DNA of 63,623 nt, the filler included, from Pelomyxa schiedti (taxonomy: Eukaryota; Protista; Evosea): the NCBI GenBank assembly GCA_020536535.1. It is 10 parts of 10 records of this genome, joined end to end, with 100 filler letters (N's around TTAATTAATTAA, not from the genome) between each part and the next. Parts side by side here need not be neighbours in the genome. Positions count along the whole stretch, not along the records: positions 29,057 to 41,794 come from JAHLWZ010001203.1; positions 41,895 to 46,129 come from JAHLWZ010001617.1; positions 46,230 to 51,402 come from JAHLWZ010001517.1; 7 more parts are not named here. One strand, written 5' to 3'. Below, piece by piece: positions 37,866-49,635 of this stretch. Position 1 is the first letter of the stretch, and every line of letters begins with the position of its first letter. A program made the position numbers and the translations under genes. Below the pieces are notes generated by a model that was given only the letters and a program-made list of their open reading frames with translations, was not told the origin of the DNA and made no database searches.

Positions 37866-38333
37866 TGATGCTCATAGCCAAAATGTGCTATTGCATGTTA
37901 ATTCCGAATTTACATTACACATACATAAATTCAAAAAAAAAAAAAAGGTACATTGGCACACTCAAGAAGTACAACCGCACTGCTTGCATCACGGAACCGC
38001 GATCACCGAAAGCCGAATATCAACCTACAACGCGCTTCGACATTCCAGACTCACCATCCACTTCGTCATCTCAATGACAACAACTCCATGCAACACCGGA
38101 CATGAACCGAGCCGACGCACAACTCACTGCGAATGGAACGCTGTGGCACTACTTTCCGTTTTCGCTTTTTGAGAAGCACGATTTCTGATCTCAAGATCCC
38201 TCAATTTAAATTAGAGATTTCTCCAGCAGATTTGGTAAGAGCCGGGAAGACCCACTCATTTCCCGGGTTCCCACCAACAGTGTGCCTTGCAGTTTGCCTG
38301 TGTGTTCGCAGACTCACACAATACACTCTTTTT

Positions 38334-41300
38334 TTATATCACACTGTTTGAGTCACTTTGCGGTGAGAATGAGGATGAGGATGGTGAGGTTGGAGGTGAG
38401 ATAATGTCCTTGATGATGAGGGTGGGTGAGGATATCATCAGGAAAACACCGAAGACAATCATCCCAATAGAGAATATTTTCTTTGGTGTCAGTACTTTGG
38501 CCTGCACTAGCTTCAGTGCTAGAAATCCCGGTATTACAAATCCTATTAAGGATGTTATTCATTATATTGAATCAAAGGTTATTGCACACCTAAATTGGAT
38601 GTTACAACACCACCAACTAAAGAAAGAACAACAGCAACATCGGTTACGACAAGGGCAATAACAAGTGTGACAATCACTTGTGCTGCAGTTACAATGTAGA
38701 ACTTCAGGGCCCGGTGTGTAGCTGCTGTGTGTTTAGTGTTTAACTACTCCAAGAAATAGGCTACTCACGGTGATACAAGAAGGTCTTTATCAAAAAAGAC
38801 CTTGCCACAAACTGCTCTATGGGGTATGTGAGCAAACTGGAAACACCATAGAGAACGCGGGCAATGTTAATAAGAGTAGAATCAGCACTAAAGTTATTGA
38901 GAATGTTCCCAGCAGTTGTGTTAAAGAAGGTAAGATATCCAAATAATGAAATGGTCATGGCCAATGTCTGTTGCAAGTTTAAGAGGGGTAGGAAGTATTC
39001 TTCCATACAAAGGCAACTCCAAGGGAGATGTGAGTGATGACTCCCCAACGCCACAATGATGCCGCTCTCAAGGAAGTATATATTTCAAATGTGATATGGT
39101 GGCATACAAACGCAAACGCTATAATACCGATTCCCTGTAATCAAATAAGCGTTATATTCCAACATAAACGTGTACAGACCAGTGGGAATTGTTTGTGAGC
39201 AAACTTAAAATCCTTTTCAACAGAAGGAGCACCTTGGAGCTGTGATTGAATTGCAACGGACACAGTTACAAATACAACCGAAAACAGTGATAGATAGCTT
39301 GAATATGCAAGCCTGACCGCAAACTTACAATGCACAATAGCTGGGAAAACATACTTATGTACGCTCTTCAACAATGTCAATGGAAACACAATCAAGAGTA
39401 CAAGCACAGTGATTATAAAACGCCCTAAAAAATATTAAGTCCAAAAAGAAACATCGTAATGTGCAACACGTTCGTACTATCAGAGATAACAGGGATGTCA
39501 CTAGCATACTTTTCTATGATGACTGTAAATGAGTCGCCAATAATGACAAGGTAAGTAACCATGGAGCCAAAAGCTTGGGAAGTAAAAAAAAAAATGGTGG
39601 AACGTAGATAGAACCTTGTGCATAGCAAATAATGGATATAGCATAATATCCGAATTTACCATATGCCTGCCAGAGGTGAGAAAAGTCAAGCACTATGCAT
39701 ACTTTATAGCATAAACCCTGGTAGTCAAATATACTCGACTTTTCTGCCATGTAGATCAACAACAGTAAACTTAAGTCTGCATTGCATGCCATTTCAGAAA
39801 AAAGTTGATGTCTTCGAAATTCATACCTATGATAATAGCAACTCCAATGAAGGTCATGATACCAAACGGAAGACCCATATCAGCCAGGGCACATGGTGTG
39901 CCAACAATCCCAAGCGCCATAACAGAATTCGTAACATTGGCAATGGCTTCAAGCACAGTACCTTTTCCGGGAACATTCTCTGTTACAAACCTGTCAAAGG
40001 TATTAGCTTAGCCATTAGCTGAAACTGTTGCACACTCTCTAAAACTCTTTGGAGGAGTGGTGGGAATAGTTTCGGGAGGTAAAAGGTCGAGACTGGGCCG
40101 GGCTGAATCCAAGCTTTGTCGCTGACCTTCCATACTGGGTCTCATTGGGAACTCTGACATCTCCACAGACTCAAGCTTGGTGCCTTCTTGAGAGTTTCCA
40201 GCAAGTTCCATTACAACTTCCGTTGTTGTACTAATAGGCTCAATATCCACTGGAGCAGAAAATATTGCAAGGTTATGTGCCGAGACTTCTCTCGCCAATT
40301 CGCCTTCATCAGCCAGGCCTTGTTCGATTGCTGCCCGAACTTCATCATGAATTGGAATAGCAGCAGTAATTTCGGTTGCATGATCCTCATGCATTACCAT
40401 CGGAAGAGATGCTGTGCTTCTATTTAAAGGGGTGTGGGGAGGTGGAGGAAGATTAACCATGACCTGCTCTCCATCATCCAATGTCAGAACATGGGGTACT
40501 CCAACCGGAGGAGTGTCCGACCTCACTGAAAAAGCAGAAGAACTGCGAGATAGGTTCCCAATAATCGGAGATGGAACCGGAGATGGAATCAGGGAAGGAA
40601 AGCTCTCAGTGCTGACTCCGAAGCGGTCGTTTCTCCCAACAACCCTGCCATATCCCAAAGCCGTAGTAGAAGCAGAAGCAGCAAACGAAAAAGAATGAGC
40701 CGACTCGTGCAAATCCTCGTGAATCCCAATAGTTCCCTCCTCAGCAGGGTCCCAGTGAGGAACAGAAACAGGAGCCTGGTGAGTAGTACCAGTACCAGTA
40801 GTATCAACAACACCAAAATGCGGTCTCTCGGCCTCGGAATCGAACCCGAGGTCCACAGATGGGATCGAAGTGCTAGACATCGACATCGACATGGAGGCAG
40901 GAGTAGATCCCCGGACAACGGCGCCGTGGTGCGCGTGTGCCTGCGGGGGCGCCGGGAGCACCACGGGGAACGACGCCGCGATTATGGGATGGTGCGCCGC
41001 CGGGCCCCCACCGGGGTGCTGCGCTTGCGGCTGATCGTGGTGGCGGCCGATCGGCGGCGAGGCGGGCGGATGCGGCAGCGGTGGCGACAGGGCATTATGG
41101 GATGCAGTCGCCGACATCGCCGATGCGGAGGAGGAAGACGGCGGCGGCGGAGGAGGAGGAGGAGGAACCGAAGATGCGGACGAGTACGACGACGAGGACG
41201 ACGATGATGGGAGAGGAGGATGCTCCTTGTGGTGTTCGTAGTGGCTGGGGAGCGGCGGCGAGGACGCTGTGGGTGACGGAATTATGGGATGACGCCGGTG

Positions 41301-41369
41301 GGTTGTGCTCCCTGGGGGGCTGGAGGGCAAGACTTCGGCGACACCATCCGCGTTGTTGTCTACTGACAT
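38334..41369 (-). CDS. Amino-acid transporter, AAAP/SLC38 family (SLC38A11-like), with ~470-aa low-complexity N-terminus, multi-exon
   Basis: AIANVTNSVMALGIVGTPCA, GSMVTYLVIIGD, GIIAFAFVCHH, FGYLTF...GNILNNF, LTYPIEQFVAR. Confidence 0.88.
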
Positions 41370-41547
41370 CGCAACACCAAACACCTGTTTTTACGGTGTC
41401 GCACGCTTCTGAGAAACATGCAATGAGAAAAGACTCTATCCTCAGAAGATAGATGTGTCAACTAAAAATAGCGCGTGGTGAGTATCTTATTTGTCTCATA
41501 AATGTAGCCCTTGGTAATGTTTGTTCACAGAACGTTTATCTATCTTA

Positions 41548-41794
41548 CTACGCTACGCCAATGTGAACTGTCAACAAGGTGATGCCACTCAATGGCTCCA
41601 TGATGGCATACTCACTTGAATGTGGCTCTGCTGTGGTTCTGGTTGCAATGAGCCCTTCTCTCCAAATAGACCACTGTTTTGCCATTGGCAAGGAGGAGAT
41701 TGAACAGAGTGGGTTGTTGAGGTCAGTGACAGAGTAAATCCTTTGCACTTTGCAGTCTCTTGTGTACACAACAATATGCTTCACCCCAAAGCAA
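41548..41794 (-). CDS. 3' fragment of a QFIAL-RCG-type family gene (cut by contig end)
   Basis: IYSVTDLNNPLCS and C-terminal IMEPLSGITLLTV match the family's C-terminal pattern. Confidence 0.55.
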
Positions 41795-42024
41795 NNNNNN
41801 NNNNNNNNNNNNNNNNNNNNNNNNNNNNNNNNNNNNNNTTAATTAATTAANNNNNNNNNNNNNNNNNNNNNNNNNNNNNNNNNNNNNNNNNNNNCCAAGC
41901 CACAGTAGATGTTACGTCACCATCACCCAGGCTCAGGAACCAAGGAATAATGTAAAGTTAGGAGAATAACAGAACCCCTTAAGGACACTATCATACGTTC
42001 TTTAGCGAGTTAACACAGCACACG

Positions 42025-43263
42025 ATGACTAGCATCACCACGGCCAAGTCACAAGTGATGGCGGTGTGCTGTGCAGCACTTGTGGTACATCGAACAACAC
42101 CAGCGACGGGCGTCCATCCATGTCCCACAATGACGGAGTGGGCGCGGTCGCCAGCGTTGGTGAGGCAGTGGGCCGAGGACTGGGTCCTCTCCCCATTGTG
42201 GGATGCTGTGTTCCGTCTCCCAATAGACGGTACAACGTCAGCCAGTCAGCAGCACTTCTTGTTTGTGAGTGTGTCGCTTACACTTGGTGTGCTGAGCCAC
42301 TCCTGTTTCACTTGTGGCATAAATTGTGGTGTGTGCGGGTGCATTGGTGACAACAAGGTGCTCATGTATGTGCCCAAGAGGCGTTATGACAGAGATGGGC
42401 CCGCTGCAGGCGACCACGTAATCAGGGATACAGCAGCAGCGCCGTGGAACCAACAGAGTGTTAGTGTGCCTGAGGTCTCGCTGGCACAGTGGGAACAAGT
42501 GAGGTTCACAGCGTGCAACAGGAAGTGGATTGTGGGCTGCCAGATCAAGGGGTCTGTGCTCTACATCCACAGGGTGGTGCGTGGCTCACCCGTTGGCGAT
42601 GACGTCATTCTGAAGTGCAGAGACTTTTCCTGGGGATTTGAGCCTCAGTTCACACCACTGGGCGGGGACGTCGTGATGTTGCGTGGCTTGGGCGAGACCA
42701 TGAACGCACCCCGGGTGTTTGTTGACTTGTGGGAAAGCTTCAACAAGAAAGAGCTGGTTGTGACATCAAAGATTTTGTACAGGACGAACTGGCCACTTGT
42801 TGCCACTGGCGTCACGTGGCTTCCTGATGGATCGGCTTGTATTTTACAGAGTTATCATACCGCAATTGCCGACGGTGAGAAAAACGACACAGCTTTCTAC
42901 CTTGTTGACCAAGGGAGTAACGCAACTGTGTGGGAGTTTCCTGAGAAGGATGTGACAGTACTCGGCAAGAATCATCTTCTTCATTCCCCATCTCTCTGGT
43001 GGTCAGCTGACAGCTTCAAAGTACTTCACACAGGTGACCTTGCACATCCATCACTTTGTGTTCCCTGCACTTGGGCCTCTGGAGAGTGGCAATCAGGTCT
43101 CATTCTTTCAACAACACATCGCATTGAATATGAGGAGGAGGCAACAGGTGCGTTGTGCACCACCACAGAAATAGAGTTCTCACTGCATGATGGTGTCACT
43201 GGCTTTCACATTGGTGTATTCACTCACCCACTGCAGAATAACCTCAAATTCACACCTTTTTAA
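42025..43263 (+). CDS. QFIAL-RCG family protein, 'SQVMAVCC/SPALVRQW' subfamily, intronless
   Basis: AKSQVMAVCCAALVVH, SPALVRQWAEDWVLSP, VSVSLTLGV, CNRKWIVG and LHDGVTGFHIG. Confidence 0.82.
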   Translation: MTSITTAKSQVMAVCCAALVVHRTTPATGVHPCPTMTEWARSPALVRQWAEDWVLSPLWDAVFRLPIDGTTSASQQHFLFVSVSLTLGVLSHSCFTCGINCGVCGCIGDNKVLMYVPKRRYDRDGPAAGDHVIRDTAAAPWNQQSVSVPEVSLAQWEQVRFTACNRKWIVGCQIKGSVLYIHRVVRGSPVGDDVILKCRDFSWGFEPQFTPLGGDVVMLRGLGETMNAPRVFVDLWESFNKKELVVTSKILYRTNWPLVATGVTWLPDGSACILQSYHTAIADGEKNDTAFYLVDQGSNATVWEFPEKDVTVLGKNHLLHSPSLWWSADSFKVLHTGDLAHPSLCVPCTWASGEWQSGLILSTTHRIEYEEEATGALCTTTEIEFSLHDGVTGFHIGVFTHPLQNNLKFTPF

Positions 43264-43429
43264 AATGTTTATTATAACACCAATTCACCACACCCAGTGT
43301 CAATGACACACTCACATGAACGGCATGGCAATGGTCCCTGTTCGAGTGGCACAGACCAATGTGGAATCCACCTAAGAGTGACACAATACACAGTGAATTG
43401 TCTGGAACAAACAACATTACAAACTCCAG

Positions 43430-44632
43430 TTAAACATCAGTGACACCAATGGCACTGCAAACACACCAATGTGAAATCCACTGCATGCAGTGAGAACTCA
43501 ATTTCTGGCGTGGGAGAAACTGGGCTGTAGGAATCACATAAAATGACTTCGTGATGTGAGGTTGAAAGGATGAGGGCGTGACCAAGTGCACGGAACAGAA
43601 AGTGATGGCTGTGTGAGGTGCCCAATGTGAAAAACCTCGAAGTTGGTCACTTCTGAACACAGTGATGCCCGAACAAACAAATGATTCTTGCTCAAGGTTG
43701 TAACTGCTTTGCGCTGAGGAAACACCCACATCTTTGCTCCTGATGATGCATCAACAAGGGTGGTCTGAATCATAAAAAACAATGACTCATCTTGAACCAA
43801 CTCACCCCTCAAAATGCAAGGGGAACCATCAGGCATCCAAGTCACCTCCATTGGAATTGAGGTGTGTTCACACTTAATCTTTGATTTCACAACAAGCTCC
43901 TTGTTGTTGAAGGTGGCCTCCAAGTCAACAAACACAACAGCCTCCATTGTGCCTCCATCAATTGAGCCATACACAGTCAGAGTGTTGTCACCAAGGGGGG
44001 AAAATTCCACTCTCTGAAACCTGAAGACCCTGCTCTTTACAACCACATCACTTCCAACAGGCGCACCACCCACCACCTTGTGAATGAACAGTGATGGAGC
44101 TTCCTTGGAGTCATCACACCCCACAATCCACTTCCTGTTGCACTGTGTCTCCCTGATTTGTTTCCACGCTGCCAGCGATGGCTCTGGCAACTTATAGCAT
44201 GCCCAGGCAGTCGTATCCTTGATGATGTATCCCACTCTGAAGTCATTTACCAGATGAATCAGCACACTGTTTTCTCCCAGGCACCCACACAGCCAGTCAA
44301 ATGGAGTTCCAGCACACCGGAACCAAGATATATTCACCACACCCAGTGTCAATGACACACTCACATGAACAGCGTGGCAATTGCCCCTGTTCTCCCAAGT
44401 TGTTCCCTCCAGTGGGAGCGTGAAAACGGCGTCCCACAATGGTGGGAGAACCCAGTCCTCCGCCCACTGCCTCACCAACGCCGGCGATCGTGCCCACTCC
44501 ATCATCGACTGGCAAGGCGCAGTCTTTGTGTTTGGGATTGTGGGTGCTGTTCCTCCAACTATGTTTCCTTCAGTGGGGTGGGAAGGAAACTGCACCAAAA
44601 GAGAACAAAGAGGCACAAAGTATTTTATTCAT
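43430..44632 (-). pseudogene. Frameshifted inverted paralog of 42025-43263
   Basis: Shares SPALVRQWAEDWVL, VSVSLTLGV and CNRKWIVG. The ATG at 44632 is out of frame, and the C-terminal LILSTSH/EIEFSLH and GFHIGVF segments lie in shifted frames. Confidence 0.7.
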
Positions 44633-44902
44633 CTTGGAATGGATGGATACATTTGGGTGTGTTTGTGTTGAGGTTTTTTGTATATTTGTATTGGGATTCT
44701 TGGTATTTTTTGTATAGAAATGAGGTGAACTCGGTGTCTGTTTATAAAGGATTCCAAAGTCAAGGGAAAGGTCTTGGGTATCTCGATGATCTTTCTGTGA
44801 ACTTGATTTCCGAACTTGGTAAGTGATGACTCAGCCTCTGAGTCTCCAGTCTCGAGTCTTGCGAGTGTGCCTTGCGCACAGTTTGCCTGTGTGTTCGCAG
44901 AA

Positions 44903-45046
44903 TCACACAACTAGAGCAGTGTTTGCCGATGGTGTCGCGGGATCCGGTTTTGTGATTATGGGAGTGTCGTGGACAACGACGAGGGATGCACAGCACACAG
45001 CCATCGCCTGCGACCTCGCTACTGTTATCGTGTTTGTGTGTAGCAT
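44903..45046 (-). pseudogene. Truncated 5' fragment of the same subfamily (47 aa)
   Basis: MLHTNTITVARSQAMAVCCASLVVVH...ALVV-TGA. Confidence 0.6.
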
Positions 45047-45117
45047 AGAATTGTGTTGATGGCACTCAGTGAATTGATTTGATGAAAAGAAATAATCGAC
45101 CGATGATTACAACTGTG

Positions 45118-45245
45118 CGTTGGTGAGGCAATGACTGGGTCCTCTCCCCATTGTGGGACGTTGTGTTCTGTCGACCAATGGACGGTACAACGTGTATCCC
45201 ACGTGGGATACAACTGGCTGTCACATTGGTGTGTTCAGTCAGCCA
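45118..45245 (+). pseudogene. Degenerate internal fragment of the same subfamily
   Basis: TGGTGAGGCA..GACTGGGTCCTCTCCCCATTGTGGGA..GACGGTACAACGT matches ~42158-42240. Confidence 0.65.
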
Positions 45246-46229
45246 CTGCAGAATTATCTCAAATTCACTGCTTTTTCAATTAATGGTTAAAAAGTGTTAG
45301 CTTCTGTGGGCTCGAGAATAAGTCCCACAGAGGAAGAAAACAAGTGAGAGTGAAGAGAATAAAGAGTGTTCTCTTGTTTGGTCTCGTCGTTGTTGTAAAG
45401 GGGATAAAAAGGGAGTGTGTAAAATCTCGCAGAGCGGTTGTGCGATTGGGTTAAAAGGCTGCGATGTTCAAATGGATTCTCGGACAAGTGTGCATGTAAT
45501 CAAAACCACCTGCCGCATTCTTGTTGCTGTATTTGTGCGCCCAGCTGCGCTGATCATTACCTTCGCTGTCTCATTCTGGTAATAGTCCAGATTCGGCTCA
45601 GTCCTCAGTCTCTCCAATCATCCCGCTGAAGTGCGCCAGACTTCAGAGCCTCGCGAGCAAGGCCGAGTTCGTGTACTTTGTGGAAGTACACAAAAGAAGA
45701 TTTAAAGCTTCAAATCTGAGATGATCTGAGACGGATTTTTGAAGAAAATTGTTGCCAAAACGGGCAAAAACCGGGGTGTAAAAGTGCTCACCAGGACTGT
45801 GCAGGATATTTAGTTGTCCATGTTACAACAAGCTCTGACAACCACATGCCTCACACCCTGTGATAAAACCACAGGTATTTTTTTTCCGGACCAGATTTTT
45901 TTCCCCTGGACCAGATTTTCGTTTTTTGTACCAAAAAGCCCCTAGTGTAGTCCCAAATTTTAAGAAGTGTAGAATTTCAGATTGCTCTTTAGTGGCAGAC
46001 AGAAAACACCACAAGTGTTGTTCAGGTGTGATGTGGAAAGGATGAGGCCTGTTTGAAAAGCAGAGGCCCAAGTGCTTGGAACACGAAGTGAAGGGTGTTC
46101 AAGGTCACCTGTGTGAAAAACTTCAAACCNNNNNNNNNNNNNNNNNNNNNNNNNNNNNNNNNNNNNNNNNNNNTTAATTAATTAANNNNNNNNNNNNNNN
46201 NNNNNNNNNNNNNNNNNNNNNNNNNNNNN

Positions 46230-46745
46230 GTTATTCTGGTGATATCAACCAGGAAAGGAAACCTGGAATGGTGGAGGAACTCTGGCAAGCAAATCTGAAG
46301 CACAGCAAACTCTGTTGTAATTCGAGGACTGATCTCCAATGCAGCATATCAGCCCTGCACAACACCCATGCATTCTTTATCTCTGGCAACAATGTTAGGC
46401 AATCGAATTTCCTGCGAATACTGGCATATGTTCGCCAAGCAAGGAAATTCCTGGCAGCAGTTTTAGCAGAGTCAGGAGTGTTAGAAGTAACTTCAGGGAA
46501 TTTAGCCACAGTTCCATGGATTGCGGTGTTGTGGTGGCATGCCACATCATATTTAGGATATGCTTGACAGATTCCAGGGAATTGCAGCCATGCCAGAATG
46601 TTTGCTATGTGGAGAATGTGGGACATGTGGTTGTTCAAGGCATTCATGCCCAGGGGCAGCTTGAAGTGCATGATTCCTGGTCTATGGGTTCCAAACACCC
46701 AATCTCAAAGCAGCATTGGTAGGTGAGGATTGAGTACCCTTATCA
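46230..46745 (-). mobile_element. Non-LTR retrotransposon (LINE) 3' fragment
   Basis: VTSNTPDSAKTAARNF is homologous to VIPNSPDSAKTAAKTL in the LINE at ~50000. Confidence 0.65.
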
Positions 46746-46789
46746 AATCTTCTCTTTCCACATTGAAAAGAGAAGATTCATTTTCAGTG

Positions 46790-47794
46790 TCTACATAAGG
46801 CCTATCCCAAAACAACAAAATGTAGACTCACATAACTTCCCGTGTTTAAAGAACTTTTCCAAGTGACCACATAAGTGCTACATTCCTAAATGCTTATTAC
46901 ACTGATCGACAATTTTGTTACAAGTCAGTGACACACACATGCATAAGCTGCTGACTGGTGACGCTGTCCACTTTATTAAGTACAATTCTCACCTTGTCAT
47001 CGTTACCTTTGGAAAAACTAAGTAACGTGGGACAAGAAAAGAGGAATACCTTTTAAGCAGTCTACAGCCCTTTTGGACTTGTCTGAAATATCAAGCTTGT
47101 GAGCATCAAATGTTAAGATAATCATATCAGCCCTGGATGCATCCACTCCGCAACAACAATGAAATCTTAGAGACTGTGGGATGGGGGAGTTGAAAAAAAA
47201 AAATACCATATTGCCATCCTATGCGTTGCTTTTCTCATGACAAGACACCAGGGGTGTCAATGATGGTTAAATCCTCGAGAATTGGAATGTTGACCATGGA
47301 AGCTTGGAATAGTCAAGAAATCATTACCTTCAAAAAGGTAAGTGGGACAGGGATAAATAGAGACATTACCAAAACGCGATAAAGCTCAGAAAGGCATATC
47401 ATCTTGCACAACCAATTACAGCCACAAATCGGTTGGTAGTGGGCTCAGGGCCGATATTCTGACAGGTAATCCACTTCAAGCAAGTATCTTTAGAAGGGAT
47501 TAAATTCTTTGCTTATGGAACACAAAACAAAAATCCCACAAGAACAAGAGGTGTTCATACTCAAACGAAGTAAGTTATCAGCAGTCAATCCATACCTGAT
47601 AAAAGATGTTTTTCCAGTAGAGTACTGCCCAAGAAACATGACTGAAGGTTTGGCATCAAAATTGGAATCCTTAAGTGGAAATCCTCAAACTTGTACATGG
47701 CTTCAATAGGCCGAATTTTGTCTGTGTAGATCCACTTGATACCATCCAAAACCGTGGGGTACATTGTTGTAGAGGTGACTGCAGATCCAACCAA
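46790..47794 (-). pseudogene. EHD1/PAST1-type EH-domain ATPase pseudogene (N-terminal half, introns retained)
   Basis: YKFEDFH, FDAKPSVMFLGQYSTGKTSFIR, IGPEPTT, IIDTPGVLS*EKQR, FDAHKLDISD, VLNKVD, LMWSLGKVL*; contains frameshifts and stops. Confidence 0.85.
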
Positions 47795-47949
47795 TCAATC
47801 ACATGATACAGGCATAATACAGGCGGTACTTCGACACTGCAAGCTTGGCGATCTCAACCCCAACAGATGAAATGTCCATGATGTGCAAATAGCTCAAGAG
47901 TTTATCAGAAATCAGAATAGCACAGAGCAAATCACTAACTTACAGAAAA

Positions 47950-49635
47950 CTGTTAACGACAACAGTAAAACATGGACAGAATACACACAGTGTCAACAGA
48001 AAACTTATGTCTGCTTTTGACAAAAGACTCCAACATCAAGGTGTGATCATTGACGCCATAGCGAAACTCTGGGAGGCATGAGGATATCCCAGTAGTGGAA
48101 GATAAGGGACCTAATGAACAGAACCAGGAAGATACAGCTTCGCGGCCTTTGAACAATACAGAATCTGTGGTTGCACCATCTGGGAGAACGCCTATGTTCA
48201 AGACAAATATTCCCGCATACCACTTTCATCAACCATTCAGGTTATGGTCCACACTTGTGAAAGAGATCAATCACACAAGTGGCTGGACCAAAGGTCAGGC
48301 AATGATTAGTATTTGTAGGAGTTACCGGAAACGATGCAATCATATTTCTGGAACATTTGTCTATTGATGATGTTTTTGATGAACCTGAGAAACTAACTGT
48401 ACACCGCCATGAAGGTCAACAGTGGCACCACCTGGCAAATATGAGACAAAAATGTGGTGAGAAGATTGTATACTCTGGGAGTGAATTTCAGAAAGAAGTG
48501 GCGAGATTGAGAACTCCACTGGATGAAGATATGAAAGTGAAGATGTCCCTAAATGCATTGTATGGGAAGTGTGTTACCACACGGCAGTGAAATGCCAAGT
48601 GACAACGATTCCAAAGTTGATCCAGAAACTACAAGAGGTTGAGGATCACGACAAACGAATTCACATGACATACAATGATCGTGGATATTACCATCAGAAC
48701 AATTCCATTCAAACCAGACACATGGAAGCACCTCTAACCATTCTCCCTCGACTACTCACCACTAGTACATCTGCTAGCACTAGCACATCAGGAAGTTACC
48801 ACTATCCACCAACCAAGCACACCACATTTGATTCATCATCGAACACATCTCATTCTGGAAATAGTCACATCAAATGTCATAACTGTGGACAATATGGTCA
48901 CAAGTGGAGAGATTGTACTAAGCCTAGAGTATGTGAGTTAGGAGTCAGCGATGAAGAAGAGCAAACAGACGTGAAGGAAAGCTCTGGTGGCTGCACAGGT
49001 TCTGCCAAAACTTGTAGCCTATGTAACGGTGGAGGAAAGGCAATTCCCTCATCTACAGCTGCTTACTCTGACGCCAAGGCAAGCAAGCACGCGTTTCATA
49101 GTAAGTTGGGCACTTGGTTGTCCACTTTGAATAGTATTGCAAAAGCTGAAGCTATCAATGACACATTACTGGAATTCTGGGGATGAATTGATTTACCTGC
49201 AGAAATTGGAAATGCAAAAAAGCACATTGTAACTTGTACAGTGACCAAAGGACTGAAGGATATAGTTCTACTGGGCTGGGCTGTGATACCACTACAATGT
49301 ACTAAGGAGACATCTTGAATTCTTGTAATTCATTTAGATGGTAAGGTGGGAAGAAAGTACATTTACTTATGAAGAATAGAACCACCAAGAGGATAGTATC
49401 AGCCAACAATTTGACAATCGCAGGCTGGACAACTATGAAGATTGCAGTCAACCTACCAGTTGGATTGCATCCTGGAGAATTATTACTTGTTGAGAAGTGC
49501 AAATAAGGAATCATACATGGTATCTTGCACATTCTGCTCTGTATATCATACCGGAAACTAGAAATTTTGCAATTGAAGTGGCAGACACAAGGGAAGCTCC
49601 TATTTGATTGTACAAAGGACAAGAGTTAAGCCCAC
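47950..49635 (+). mobile_element. Degenerate Ty3/gypsy-type LTR retrotransposon (gag, zinc knuckle, protease region)
   Basis: LANMRQKCGEKI..EF (gag), CHNCGQYGHKWRDC (CX2CX4HX4C), DIVLLGW (protease end), post-protease linker; frameshifts and stops. LTR not identified; boundaries approximate. Confidence 0.65.

Noticed and set aside
48530-48575. KMSLNALYGK resembling family-B DNA polymerase motif B (Polinton or virus)
   Set aside because: It sits in gag context between RQxxGE and the CCHC knuckle, and no other PolB motifs are present.
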